From NCBI GenBank assembly GCA_001275005.1, contig JWZX01003402.1, positions 1 to 38,894 on the forward strand: 38,894 nucleotides of DNA, read 5' to 3'. Below are positions 10,316 to 20,623 of this stretch, one piece after another; position 1 is the first letter of the stretch, and each line of letters begins with the position of its first letter. This DNA comes from Chrysochromulina tobinii. Taxonomy: Eukaryota. The notes beneath the pieces are model-generated. The model did not search any database and was not told where the DNA came from. It saw only the letters and a program-made list of their open reading frames with translations. Both the position numbers and the translations under genes were made by a program.

Positions 10316-12533
10316 ATGGCCAAGGCCAAGGCCAAGAAGGCCGACGGTGCAGCCAAGGCGGCCAAGCCAGAAGGCGGCAGCAAGAAAAAGGGCGGCGGCA
10401 AGGGCGGAGGTGGCAAAAAGAAGGGCGATGGTGCCAAAAAGAAGGGCGATAGTAGCAAAAAGAAAGCAAAGGCCGAGGGAGCCAAGAAGAATGTCAAGGC
10501 CGCCGCCAGTGCTCCCGCTGACGCCGGTCCGAGTGCGAGCGTTCCAGCTGTTCCCAAGCCAGCTGCCCCCCCGCCAGCTACTCCCAAGGCGGTCCCTTTT
10601 AGTTCCACCGCTGCAGCAGCTGCAGCTGCTAAGCTGCAAACAGCCCCGCCTGCGCTGCCAGATCCGTTTGAGGTGAATGAGCTGAGGGCAAGGATTGCAC
10701 AGCTCGAGGCGCTTTTGAGAAGCGCGCCTGCGCTGCCAGCTGCTGCGACGGTTGGTATTGGAACGCAAGCCAGCGCCGACGCTGCCTTCCTACGCGCGGC
10801 GCTGTCTGAGCCCGCTGCTACACCAACAGGACCCGTCGCTGTGGCCGCACCACCGCTCCCGCCTTCGCCGCCGCCGGCAGTGCCAGAGCTCACACGTGGG
10901 TTGTTGAAGCGGGAAGCCGAGCTCAACGAAGCTGCAAATGCTGACCTTCCGCCACAACCTCCGCCAAAGCCGCCAAGACAGCCCTCGCCGCCCACTGCTG
11001 CCGCTGCTGCTCCTACTACCACCGCCGCCGCCGCCACCACCGCAGCGGCTGCGGTCCCAGCATCGAAAGGAAGTGGAGAAGGCAAGAGTGCACCGAAGAC
11101 TGCCGAGGTTGGCAAGGACGCCAAGAAGAAGGCTGCTGCCGCTGCTACCCCAGAGGTGGCCAAGCCTGCATCGAAGCCAGCGCCGATACCACCTGCACTG
11201 GCGCCTGCGCTTCCGGAGCCGGCGCCAGACTTCTCACGTGGGTTGTTAAAGCGAGAACCCTCACGTGGGTTGTTGAAGCGGGAAGCCGAGCTCAACGAAG
11301 CTGCGAGCACCATGGCAGATATTTGGGCTGCAAATGCTGGAGTATCGCGAAAGCCTCCGCCAAAGCCGCCACGACAGCCCTCGCCGCCCGCTGCGCAGCC
11401 GCCCTCGCCGCCCACTGCTACCACCGCTGCTCCTACTACCACCGCCGCCGCCGCCGCCGCCGCCACCGCTGCCGTGACTGCTGCGGCTGCGGTCCCAGCA
11501 TCGAGAGGAAGTGGAGAAGGCAAGAGTGCACCGAAGACTGCCGAGGTTGGCAAGGACGCCAAGAAGAAGGCTGCTGCCGCTGCTACCCCAGAGGTGGCCA
11601 AGCCTGCATCGAAGCCAGCGCCGATACCACCTGCACTGGCGTATGTATCAAAGTCACCACCGTCGGCTGCGGCTGCGTCAGCGTCCGGAGGCTCACCTCC
11701 AGGCCCCGTGGCGCTGCCGCCGCCGACCCACCTGCACAAGGAAGGGAGCTTGGGCGGCTTGGCCGCGACTGCGCAGCAGCGGGCTCGGGACAGGGAGGCG
11801 GCTGAGCGAGCCGCCGCTGGCGGAGCCTCGCCACCATCCCAGCTCCCTGAGCCATTGCCTGTTGCAGGCAAGGGCTCACCGGGTAAGGGCAAGGGCAAAG
11901 CTGAAGGGGCGTCTGCGGCGGACTCGTCGAGCGCGGGGCTAATCCTCTTTGATCGGACGCACGACATTGGAACCTCCAGGTGATTGCCTCTGATGGCCTC
12001 TGATGGCCTCTGATTGCCTACCTCATCAGCTGACCCTCTTTGATCGGACGCGCAGCGCGGGCGCCAGCCACAGTCCGAAGGCGGATGAGTCCATGCATCT
12101 CTTCGTGCAAGAGCTCGTGCTCGAATGTGCAGAAGTTGCAGCGGACGATGCGATCTATGCCGAGGAGATGAGAGTGGCGGACGAAAGCGCCACGAGGCGC
12201 ACGTCGCGCTACACGGCGCGCGGCTCGGCGCGCGGCTCGGCGCGTGGCACGTACCGCATGCTACGCAATGGCTGGGTCAAGCTCGACGAGTCTGAGCTCG
12301 ACGCGTCAGGCGAGCTGGGCGACTTTGCTTCCCTCGGCGAGGTGGGCTTTGCTGAGGAGTTTCGGCATGCACGTGAGCGCGGCAATAGTAGCACTCCTTC
12401 TGGCTTCACGAGCGGGCAGGAGGCGGAGCTCGTCGCCGAGCTCCGGGGCGTCCGCGCCTCCGCGGTGCTTGAGCGCGCCAAGAGGAAAGCCATCGCAGGC
12501 TCTGTCAAGGAATGGTTCTGGTTTGACCCGTGA
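10316..12533 (+). CDS. Lys/Ala/Pro-rich low-complexity protein with internal duplication; 2 predicted exons
   Basis: Exon 1 10316-11979, exon 2 12056-12533 (2142 nt, in frame). Basic N-terminus MAKAKAKKADG..., coiled-coil-like VNELRARIAQLEALL, C-terminal KRKAIAGSVKEWFWFDP. Confidence 0.55.
10890..11641 (+). repeat. Intragenic duplication of a ~100-125 codon module
   Basis: RGLLKREAELNEAA...PPPKPPRQPSPP...GSGEGKSAPKTAEVGKDAKKKAAAAATPEVAKPASKPAPIPPALA occurs at ~10890-11201 and ~11260-11641 with near-identical DNA. Confidence 0.9.
11980..12055 (+). other. Predicted intron with TGAT(T/G)GCCTC 10-mer array
   Basis: CCAG|GTGATT donor, four 10-mers at 11981-12020, CTGAC at 12030, GCGCAG acceptor; phase-2 splice joins the two ORFs. 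Confidence 0.6.
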
Positions 12534-13015
12534 GGAGAGAGATCTCCAGGATGAGACTCGGAGTCTGCTCTAGCGTTAATGTCGCAGATGCGTGACCGTC
12601 AGACAGCGCCGCTAGCAGACTCCATGCTACTCGACGACTCACACTTACTGGAAGCGACCCGCGCTTGTTCGTTCTCGCATCTAGTGGCGCTTTTGGCCTT
12701 TGGACACCCTGAGCTCCCAGGTTATAGTACAGTAGGAAACACAAACAGTGATCAGTGTACACTTACGTTAGATAAGTCGGGTACGAGGGGGAACCGGACC
12801 TCATCGTTATACTGTATCTGAAATATGAATTCACAACCAAAATTGTAATTCGACACCCAAGACACCGGACCGGCGTACGTACGGTTGCTCGGGGACCCCT
12901 GGACCCTTATCACAGCCAATTCACAGCGTCCATAGCAGGCGACCTTCCCAAGTGGCAGTGAATCACTGCATTGTTTTCACGTAATTCATAATGAATTGCA
13001 GCAGATATCACATCA

Positions 13016-14167
13016 ATGTCGCGACCTTACCGCACGGGACGTCGACTCGCATCTCACGCCGGCAAGTTGCGAGCCTCACTCAAGAAGCTCGATGCAAAAA
13101 CGAGAAAAGCCTTTGAGGACTACCTCCGTGATGTAGAGCAGCGACCCACGGGCGTGATCGGCTCTCAGTCGCCCGAGTGCACTATGTATGATTTCGTGCA
13201 GCAGCGCATCCGTCCATTTGTTGTCCATGGCGAGCTTGGCTGTTGCGAACGGCCATCATCCGCAAGGGCGACTGTGCCTCCACGCGGACGCTGCCTCATG
13301 GGCTCACGACTGCTGATTTCGATAGCGTTGTATGGCAACGACCCACACAGTTGGGAGTACCTGTCCACGGTTCTGCACAGCCTTGCCGTGGCGCGCTTCT
13401 CTGCAGGAATGTCGCGAATGGATGTGGTGCTAGACGTAACACACGTACCGCCAATAGGACGAGGGCTATCTGTGCCGCATGGCCTCAACGTCACCCATCA
13501 ATTGCACAGCCTCGACATTCGTAAGGCCCTCGCTGGGCAGCACCGACGCCGTGCGGTTCGCGCGCTTGCCTCTGACAGCTACGATTACTACGCCTATCTC
13601 AATAACGATCTGAATTTCACTGCCGAGGCATTCGATGCATTGTGTGCTGGCCAGGCTCCTTTAGCGGGCACGAACCTGATGGTTGGTCCGATGCGTTACG
13701 AGACCAAGCGGCACAAGGGAGGGTCTTTGCCATCACGGCGGCTTCTCAACGACCTGGCCTTTCCACCACACCTAGGTGGCGTGGTGACCGTTCGGGGGCA
13801 GCGCTTCCTCGTCCCAACCAATCCGCATCATGGGGCGTGGTTCCTGCCAGCGGGACGGCTGCGTTGCCTGCTGGATCGGCTCGCCATGTCCAACGAGACG
13901 CATCGCGATTGGTCTGCGGTACCGCTGCCTGATGCATCGCTTGAATATTATGATTCACTTTGGCTCATGCCATGGCTCATCAAGGTGGTGCCACTCGACA
14001 CGTATGACGATCTGCTCGTGCACCACCTCTCTAATAAATACGCCCAGATGCCGAGCATCGCAAAAGGCATGCCGGAGGCGAGCGCGCTGCGCGAAGCATC
14101 CCTCAGCTTCACCGGGTTTGAGCCAGTCTCACTCTCGCGATCTACACCGCGTGGGTCACATGGATGA
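13016..14167 (+). CDS. Hypothetical protein, putative GT-A-like glycosyltransferase
   Basis: 383-aa ATG ORF with YDYYAYLNNDLNFT (DxD-like position), RYE, NPHHGAWFL and LLVHHLSNKY. Confidence 0.5.
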   Translation: MSRPYRTGRRLASHAGKLRASLKKLDAKTRKAFEDYLRDVEQRPTGVIGSQSPECTMYDFVQQRIRPFVVHGELGCCERPSSARATVPPRGRCLMGSRLLISIALYGNDPHSWEYLSTVLHSLAVARFSAGMSRMDVVLDVTHVPPIGRGLSVPHGLNVTHQLHSLDIRKALAGQHRRRAVRALASDSYDYYAYLNNDLNFTAEAFDALCAGQAPLAGTNLMVGPMRYETKRHKGGSLPSRRLLNDLAFPPHLGGVVTVRGQRFLVPTNPHHGAWFLPAGRLRCLLDRLAMSNETHRDWSAVPLPDASLEYYDSLWLMPWLIKVVPLDTYDDLLVHHLSNKYAQMPSIAKGMPEASALREASLSFTGFEPVSLSRSTPRGSHG

Positions 14168-14596
14168 TCGCGTGCAGGCGAGAACAGGCGCCGTGGCCCA
14201 CGTGTGGGCGCACAAGTGGGCGCGCCGGCACTCACCGCTCTAAGATTAGACGGCCGTATCGGACCAGCTTGCATGCGCTTTTTCATCGGATTCGGAAGCG
14301 TCGCGGGTCGCTGAACCTGAGTGTATCTCCACATTCCGAGGGTTGCAATCTCGGCGATCATTTACTTTATCCGGAGAGCACAGGCAAATTCTCTCTCAAT
14401 GTGAAACGGTTCTTTCATACGTACGTAGCTAGTACGATAGATCGAACATGCGAAATCTTTGACGGTCGACACACGGGTGCGGGCCCCATCGACGTTGCCC
14501 GGTCGCGGCCTCGGGCTCTCTCCCCCTCACCCGAGCCGAGCCCCGAGCCCCGAGCATTCAACGGGCACGGCCAATCATCGCGATGATAGCCCGTTA

Positions 14597-15376
14597 TCAC
14601 CCATATCCGGCGAGGGCTACGTCCATCATCATCTCCGCTGCAACCCTCGTTATGAGGGGTTTCGGTCCCGCTTGGGTAATCCCTGGCGATATCCTCACAC
14701 CCGGGACAGGCAGCTCCTCGACACCAGGTCGCAGCCAGACATCACTGAACGGTACGGTGACGTTACTCGCTTGCTGCATTGATGCTGCTCTCATGAGTTT
14801 TGCAATTTTCAATGTGCTCCGTGAATTGGTTTCCACCATGATGAGCTGAAACGCATCAGGCGACACGGTGGAGAGGACCTTGTCTTCAGCGCCTTCAACA
14901 TCAAGGGATAGGAAATCGGCGCCCGTCAATCCATAATCAGAGAGAATGACTGACATGGGCTTGCACGGCACATCCACTGAGTTGTGGCGTCTCCTAGCTT
15001 GCCGTCTCTTCGTCAGACGATCCAGCTCACCTGCAGTTTCATTTCCATCTAGAGAGAAGCGCACTGTGTTGCGCGCACCATCGCCACAGACTGCTGAGTT
15101 GACCAGGTGAGCCCGCCTCCCCGAAGCGTTGAGCATGGCGAAATTCCGCGGATTTGCCTCAATCAGAACACCTCGCCAGCCGAAGCATTCTTCAAGCATC
15201 AGCGTGTTGGAGTATGTCTTGCCATCGAATGCACCAATTTCTACAAACACTCCTGGGCTCGATTTTGTCCATGCAGCCTTGAGCAGAGTAGGCAGCAGCA
15301 GCAAATCTTCGTGCAGCTGGGCACGCGACTCGCGAAACGCGCACGACACCAGCTCGCCCATGCGCGGATTCGACAT
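14597..15376 (-). CDS. FkbM-family (Methyltransf_21) SAM-dependent methyltransferase
   Basis: VFVEIGAFDGKTYSNTLMLEECFGWRGVLIEANP and DFLSLDVEGAE are typical FkbM motifs. Confidence 0.9.
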   Translation of the reverse strand: MSNPRMGELVSCAFRESRAQLHEDLLLLPTLLKAAWTKSSPGVFVEIGAFDGKTYSNTLMLEECFGWRGVLIEANPRNFAMLNASGRRAHLVNSAVCGDGARNTVRFSLDGNETAGELDRLTKRRQARRRHNSVDVPCKPMSVILSDYGLTGADFLSLDVEGAEDKVLSTVSPDAFQLIMVETNSRSTLKIAKLMRAASMQQASNVTVPFSDVWLRPGVEELPVPGVRISPGITQAGPKPLITRVAAEMMMDVALAGYG

Positions 15377-15590
15377 CGACGCGCCCCGTCGCGCAACTTT
15401 TCATGCAAAGATTCAAGACAGTAGTAAAAAGATCTGACCGGTAAAAACTTGGCGCCCGCTCCATGCTCGACGCGCGGTGCTTCATGATCTCGACGCTGCG
15501 CTCCCAGGTCGGCTTTGCCGCGGCCGTAGCGCACGCCCGCCTCCGTCTCTCGCGTCTCGAGCTCATCGGGGGCTCTGGCCGCACAGCCGG

Positions 15591-15726
15591 CACAGTGTTC
15601 AAAGCCTATGAGGTAATTACCTGAGTAGTGAGAAGGTCCCCCTAGGTCAAAAATGCGTTCCACAGTGTTCAAAGCCTATGAGGTAATTACCTGAGTACAA
15701 GTGGGAAGGTCCCCCTAGGTCAAAAA
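15591..15726. repeat. Tandem ~70-bp duplication with internal palindrome AGGTAATTACCT
   Basis: Units start at 15591 and 15661; first 37 bp are identical and both continue GAAGGTCCCCCTAGGTCAAAAA. Confidence 0.9.
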
Positions 15727-15846
15727 AGTGCGCCGGCCGGCCGCTACGCGTTTAACTACGCGTCTGCCGCGCGCGCCTTCATTTCGCCGACCGCCTTCGA
15801 GCAGGCGCGGGGAGGCGCTCTGGGAGCAGGTGGCGGCAGGGTCGGG

Positions 15847-16086
15847 TTCGCTGGGGGCGGCCTCTTCTGAGTCGGCCGCGGGGTGCGGTCGGCTCCGGGG
15901 CTGTGGCTGTTGAGTCGGCCGCGGTTTCGGTGAATTCGGTGCTCGTCGCGTGTCGTGCGGGTTGTGTCAGTGTGTGGTGGGTTTGGATGGATGGTTGTGA
16001 GGTTCGTCTGTGTGATCCGTGTGCCCGTGTGCGCCCGTGTGTCCCGTGTGTGTCCCGTGTGTGCCCCGGCTCCCCCACGTGTCTTT
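15847..16086 (+). mobile_element. Dispersed repeat family A, copy 1 (~240 bp, non-coding)
   Basis: Reverse-complement matches at 23457-23645 and 23679-23906 (e.g. GGTTGTGAGGTTCGTCTG and GGCTGTTGAGTCGGCCGCGG). Confidence 0.75.
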
Positions 16087-16177
16087 GAACCGGTAAAAAG
16101 ATGATCTCGGAGAGTTCCGGTGAAGCGCCCGAAGCGCGAGATGCAACCTAGGATCGGTTTGGCACCCAGTAACGAGT

Positions 16178-16894
16178 ATGTCTCTAAAGATTAAGATGCT
16201 AAACGTTTACAGGATGCCGTACACAGGATGCCGTTCACAGGATGCCGTTCACAGTGCATGGGCGCCAACAGACCGTGCGTGGAAGCACAGTCCAAATTCG
16301 CCGTCCACGCACGGTCTGTTGGCCCGTCTTCTCGACCCGTGGATGCCCCTCATCGGCAAATCCCACGCGCCTCCCCCACCGTACCCACATCCTCCCTCGT
16401 CGCCACCTCATGATCCTGCCGCGGCCTGGAGTGCCCTCGCGACCGAAGCCGTCGGCCGCTCGCCTGCCAACGAATTGTACACCTTCTTCTTCGGCCCCAC
16501 GCCCTTCTCCACCTTTTTACTCGAGTATTTGCCGCTCCTGATCACCGTCTTCTTGCCTATGTTATGTGTGATCTTCGCCCTCCTCTGCAAGAGGGCGCGC
16601 AAGTCGGTTGGCTTCCGCAAATTGCACACCGTCTTCAACGCCGCCCGCGCGGATGTGCGTTTGATCAAGTTGATGTCGGCGACGAAGATAAAAGAGGCAA
16701 GGGCAGCCTTTGCTACGGGTAAGAAAGCCTCGCCCACTAAGGGGAGGGCGGAAGAGGAGACGATTAGGGCGAGGGCCGCCGCGAGCGTCCAGAAGCCGGG
16801 CGGCAGTCCAACTCCGGCCTATGGGTATGCGTATGGCAGCAGTACATGCAATTCCAGCATGGCACCGTGCCGCAGCAGCCCTTATTACGCCTGA
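16178..16894 (+). CDS. Hypothetical single-pass membrane protein
   Basis: Hydrophobic YLPLLITVFLPMLCVIFALLC followed by basic KRARK; start uncertain because the 5' part contains a tandem repeat. Confidence 0.4.
   Translation: MSLKIKMLNVYRMPYTGCRSQDAVHSAWAPTDRAWKHSPNSPSTHGLLARLLDPWMPLIGKSHAPPPPYPHPPSSPPHDPAAAWSALATEAVGRSPANELYTFFFGPTPFSTFLLEYLPLLITVFLPMLCVIFALLCKRARKSVGFRKLHTVFNAARADVRLIKLMSATKIKEARAAFATGKKASPTKGRAEEETIRARAAASVQKPGGSPTPAYGYAYGSSTCNSSMAPCRSSPYYA
16209..16254. repeat. 14-bp tandem repeat x3
   Basis: ACAGGATGCCGT(A/T)C x3 plus ACAG. Confidence 0.85.
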
Positions 16895-17604
16895 GCAAGC
16901 GGCCGCGCGCCGGCATCGTTCGGTGTCACGTTCGGTGTCACGTTCGGTGTCGGCAGCATCGGACGTGCGCTCTGATCTCGTGCAGCTTGTGCTGCTGTCG
17001 AAGAGGAATTCCAACTCCGAACTCGCCTCAACCACAGGCCTCAACAATCTCTAGAGACAAGATCAGGATACGTACGGGTAGCAGTATATACGCGCAATAC
17101 TTTCAATACACAAAATTATCGCGGAGGCCTCGGAGGAGTGCGCGAGCGAGTTTCAAGTTGACGGCGAAAAATGACGGGGTCGACGCACACGAAAGGAAAG
17201 GGGCGACCGCGTCCCTTTTTGTATATTTTGAGACGCCCGGGTGGGTGGCGGCCGCGGAACGCGGTGACGCTGTCATGGACGCCGTGCTGTGCTGCTGCTG
17301 GACGGCTGACGCGCGCTAAGACGCGCGCACGCTTGCTCGCGTTCACGCGTTGTAGTTGTCGGACCGGGTAATACTTGTGCTACTTTCTGACAGACTGCGT
17401 TTTCCTGTCACAAACTCTTCAAATTGAAATTCCCCCACCGCAATTCAGGGCGGTCCTGCCTCCTGCCAATGTGCAGGTAGCTTGGTCATTTACAAATCTC
17501 AGACTCTCTGTCACAAACTCGTGGCAAAGTCTTTCGAGGGCCTGGTCGGTGCGCGCGCTTGCGTGTGTCGTGTGTGGGTGTGTCGAGCCCAGGTTGTCTG
17601 CACT

Positions 17605-18212
17605 TGCTCTTGCAACTCGAGCACCAGCACCAGGTGTGGCGTGTGGGGAGTTGAGAAAAGGTCAGCTTAGAACGACACAAACGCAGCGGTCGCGTCGCAA
17701 GGTGGATAGTTAGGCTTCTAGGGGAGTTTGAGAAAAGGTCAGTTGAAGCCTCGGAAGAGATCGTATCCCATCTCCTCCCATCTTCTAACCAGAGTCGGCC
17801 AGCGTGGGACCTGGGTTGGCACCCGGAGGTCGTCGCGAGGTCGTGCCTCGTGCGTGCGTACGTGCGAGCGCGCGTGCGAGCGTGCGTGCGTGCGCGTGAG
17901 CGACGGTGAGTCGGTTATTGTCAGGTTCGTCCCCCCGGTGATTTTGAACTTGTCGGGTATCTTCCCAAAGTTCTTGAATGATCGATTCAATCTCGAACGG
18001 CGACGCGCCTTTGTCGTGTGTGGGTGTGACGAGGCTTCAACTGACCTTTTCTCAAACTCCCCTAACTTTCCACCGTGCAAGCAAGCAAGCAAGTTCTTTA
18101 ATCGAAACACTTGCTTGCTTGCTTGCTTCGACCGTGCGACGCGACCGCTGCGTGTCGTTCTAAGCTGACCTTTTCTCAACTCCCCACACCTGGTGCTCGA
18201 GTTGCGAGGGCA
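17605..18212. mobile_element. Nested foldback/MITE-like non-autonomous element
   Basis: Outer inverted arms ~17605-17703 and ~18131-18212; inner perfect 35-bp inverted repeat 17719-17753 / 18030-18064 ending in TA. Confidence 0.8.
17752..17977 (+). mobile_element. Dispersed repeat family B, copy 1
   Basis: Collinear with 20089-20294 (CGGAAGAGATCGTATCCC...TGTCAGGTTCGTCCCC...AAGTTCTTGA). Confidence 0.8.
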
Positions 18213-18245
18213 GAACTCTGCGTGGTCCAGCCCAACGCCGCTGTG

Positions 18246-19868
18246 ATGAGCGGCAAGCAGCCGGCGGCTAAGCGGCGCAAGCCTTCGTCTTCGGGCGACC
18301 TGCTCGATAGCATCCTCGGCGGCATAGACAGAACCATGTCCACAACTCCGGGAGCCTTCCGCGCCGAGGAGGAGCCCGAGGTGGCGTCACACTACCAGAT
18401 AGTGCGCGCGCCGCCGGCCAGCGACCTGAATCGCAAGAGCATGTGCCGCAACTGGGAGTGCGGAGGGACCGAATTCGAGAACGACTACCGCTCTGGTGAC
18501 CGCGTGTGCCGCTCGTGCGGCGCGGTGCAGAATGCGCGCAACTGCGAGTCGCAGGAGGAGGAGCACCGCACGTTCGCCGACGACGACAAGAAGGATTCGA
18601 AGCAGCGCACGTCGCGCAGCGCCTCCACCGGTGTGGGCATGGCCAAGCTCGAGCAGGCCAATCAGCTCGCGCACGGGCAGGCGGACGGCGACGAGCTCAC
18701 GCATAAGCAACGGAAGAAGATCGCGGATTACAAGGACAAGGTGACGGTGCTCTCGGACGCGCTCGAGCTGACTGATACCATCAAGTTCGACGGGCACATG
18801 TTATGCGAGGACCTCGTACGCAAGCAGCATGAGCATGACGTGCAGTGCGGCAAGGGTGGCACGTGCCGGCTGACGCTGCGCCTGCGCCCGGCGGCAGTGA
18901 TCGCGGCAGCCTTGCTCAAGGAGGCCATGCGCAAGAACGGCATCGATCGGCTCTTCGAGGAGCTCAAGAAGGTGCTCAAGGGCGACGATGTTGACGCCGC
19001 AGACACGGGCAAGGTGGGCAAGACCCACGCCATCGTGCGTGACCTGCTCAAGGGCGCGCCCTATCCATGCGCAGATGAGGACTCAGGCCGGGCGGCCGCC
19101 GCGGCCGCACAAGCAGAATCCCTGCGGCTCGGCGCGAGTGGCAGCAGCGAGGGGAGTGCGGCCGGTGCGGCCGGTAGGGGAGCCGACGGCAGCATCACTG
19201 CGGCGCCTCATCCGGCAATAGCGTTAGTGCCTCGGCTGACGACACGGTTGCATCTCCCCTACTATCTGGAGCGTCGCGCCGTTGAGTGTATCGAAGACTG
19301 GTCCCTCTTCGGGCTGCCCGCGCTAATGCCGCAGACGATCTCGGCCCTTGCACTGCTGCGCGCCTTTGAGGAGCTCGTGCAGCCCAAGCTGCGAAACGGT
19401 AAGCAGAATCGACCGCTGCCGCAGCTGCCGAAGCTCTCCGTAGCCGACATCGCCCAGGAAGCAGGTCTGACGGAGAAGACGCTCACGCAGCACATGAGGC
19501 ACGAGGACCTGCCTTGGCCAACACTGCTCCTGCAGGACCTCGCGCACCGGCTCGCGCCGCCGCCGCCTTTCGCCTTCCGCACCGAGGCGCAGAAGATCCT
19601 CGACCGTATCTTGCAAGTGCCTGGCAACCCAGCCGCTGAAGCCACAAGGGAGTGGAGCCGGAAGTTGACACCACGTCTCGTGGCCGCATGCGCGCTGCTC
19701 CTCGGCGCTCGCAAAGCTGCCGCCGACGAGGCCGCCGCCGCCACTGTGACCGCCATCACCCCCACGGAGCCGCCCGACACGGCGGCTGTCGCCGCCGCAG
19801 CAGGCGTCAGTCCGCAGGCCCTCGATGCCGCGCTGGCAGCCTACCCGCCAGCACAAGTGACTATGTGA
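18246..19868 (+). CDS. Transcription factor IIB (TFIIB/Brf)-like protein
   Basis: Zn ribbon CRNWECG...GDRVCRSCG, B-reader-like EEEHRTFADD...QRTS, cyclin-fold repeats (PAAVIAAALL; PQTISALAL...VADIAQEAGLTEKT); NLS-like AAKRRK. Confidence 0.85.
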   Translation: MSGKQPAAKRRKPSSSGDLLDSILGGIDRTMSTTPGAFRAEEEPEVASHYQIVRAPPASDLNRKSMCRNWECGGTEFENDYRSGDRVCRSCGAVQNARNCESQEEEHRTFADDDKKDSKQRTSRSASTGVGMAKLEQANQLAHGQADGDELTHKQRKKIADYKDKVTVLSDALELTDTIKFDGHMLCEDLVRKQHEHDVQCGKGGTCRLTLRLRPAAVIAAALLKEAMRKNGIDRLFEELKKVLKGDDVDAADTGKVGKTHAIVRDLLKGAPYPCADEDSGRAAAAAAQAESLRLGASGSSEGSAAGAAGRGADGSITAAPHPAIALVPRLTTRLHLPYYLERRAVECIEDWSLFGLPALMPQTISALALLRAFEELVQPKLRNGKQNRPLPQLPKLSVADIAQEAGLTEKTLTQHMRHEDLPWPTLLLQDLAHRLAPPPPFAFRTEAQKILDRILQVPGNPAAEATREWSRKLTPRLVAACALLLGARKAAADEAAAATVTAITPTEPPDTAAVAAAAGVSPQALDAALAAYPPAQVTM

Positions 19869-20088
19869 CACGCGGCGGCTACAGCGGCCGGATCAACGGT
19901 AGGAGAGGACAAGAACAGGTTGCAGAGGAGGGTATCGCAGCGCTTTGAGAGCTGGTGAGCAGATTCGCCTGCGCGCGAGGCGCGGAGAGGAGCGCGTTCT
20001 GGCGGCGACGTGAGGGCAAGAAGAGCGGCATGGCTATGCGCGATCCAGCACAATCGTGAGTTCGGAGCGAGGGGCAGCGAGCGCGGAG

Positions 20089-20294
20089 CGGAAGAGATCG
20101 TATCCCGTCTCCTCCCGGTGTCTTCTAACCCGAGTCGGCCGCTGGGTTGGCACCGGGGTCGCGGCGAGGTCGTGCGTGCGTGCGAGCGTGTGAGCGTGCG
20201 TCCGTGCGCGCTTGCGCGACGGTGAGTCGGTTTTTGTCAGGTTCGTCCCCGGTGTTTTGAACCGCGCCGGTCGTGTCTTTCCCCAAGTTCTTGA
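20089..20294 (+). mobile_element. Dispersed repeat family B, copy 2
   Basis: Direct-orientation homologue of 17752-17977. Confidence 0.8.
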
Positions 20295-20623
20295 GACGAA
20301 TCTAGAGCGCGGAGATGAGAATTATGGTGCGCACTGTCCTCGCGTCTGAAAGTCTGAAAGTCGGCACCAGCGTGGGTCCACAGTAGCACACATGAGACAT
20401 GTCGCTTCAGGCACGGCCGACCGAACAAGCGCGAAGGCCACATACCGGCCCAAGGCAACGCACGAGTTAGCGCGTGCACTTACTCCCCCTCCCTTTATCA
20501 TGTTTGGTTCTTGTGTTGAGCGCGGAGGATCGCGACGAAACTGACTGACGATCAGTACGTTTTGAAGTTCGATTGACGATTCGATCTCCAGCGGCCACGC
20601 GCCAATACACGCGCTGAAGACGA

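Noticed and set aside
10096..11967. 623-aa antisense ORF
   Set aside because: Shadow of the Ala/Pro/Lys-rich plus-strand gene; GC-rich codons lack antisense stops
15591..15726. CRISPR-like palindromic repeat
   Set aside because: Only two units, the intervening sequences are also near-identical, there are no cas genes and the context is eukaryotic
17905..17950. tRNA gene suggested by GGTTCG
   Set aside because: No cloverleaf, acceptor stem or clear A box; it is part of repeat family B
17728..18179. Two opposing 146-aa ORFs both starting MRKGQL
   Set aside because: Artefact of the inverted repeats; TTG starts and no transposase motifs
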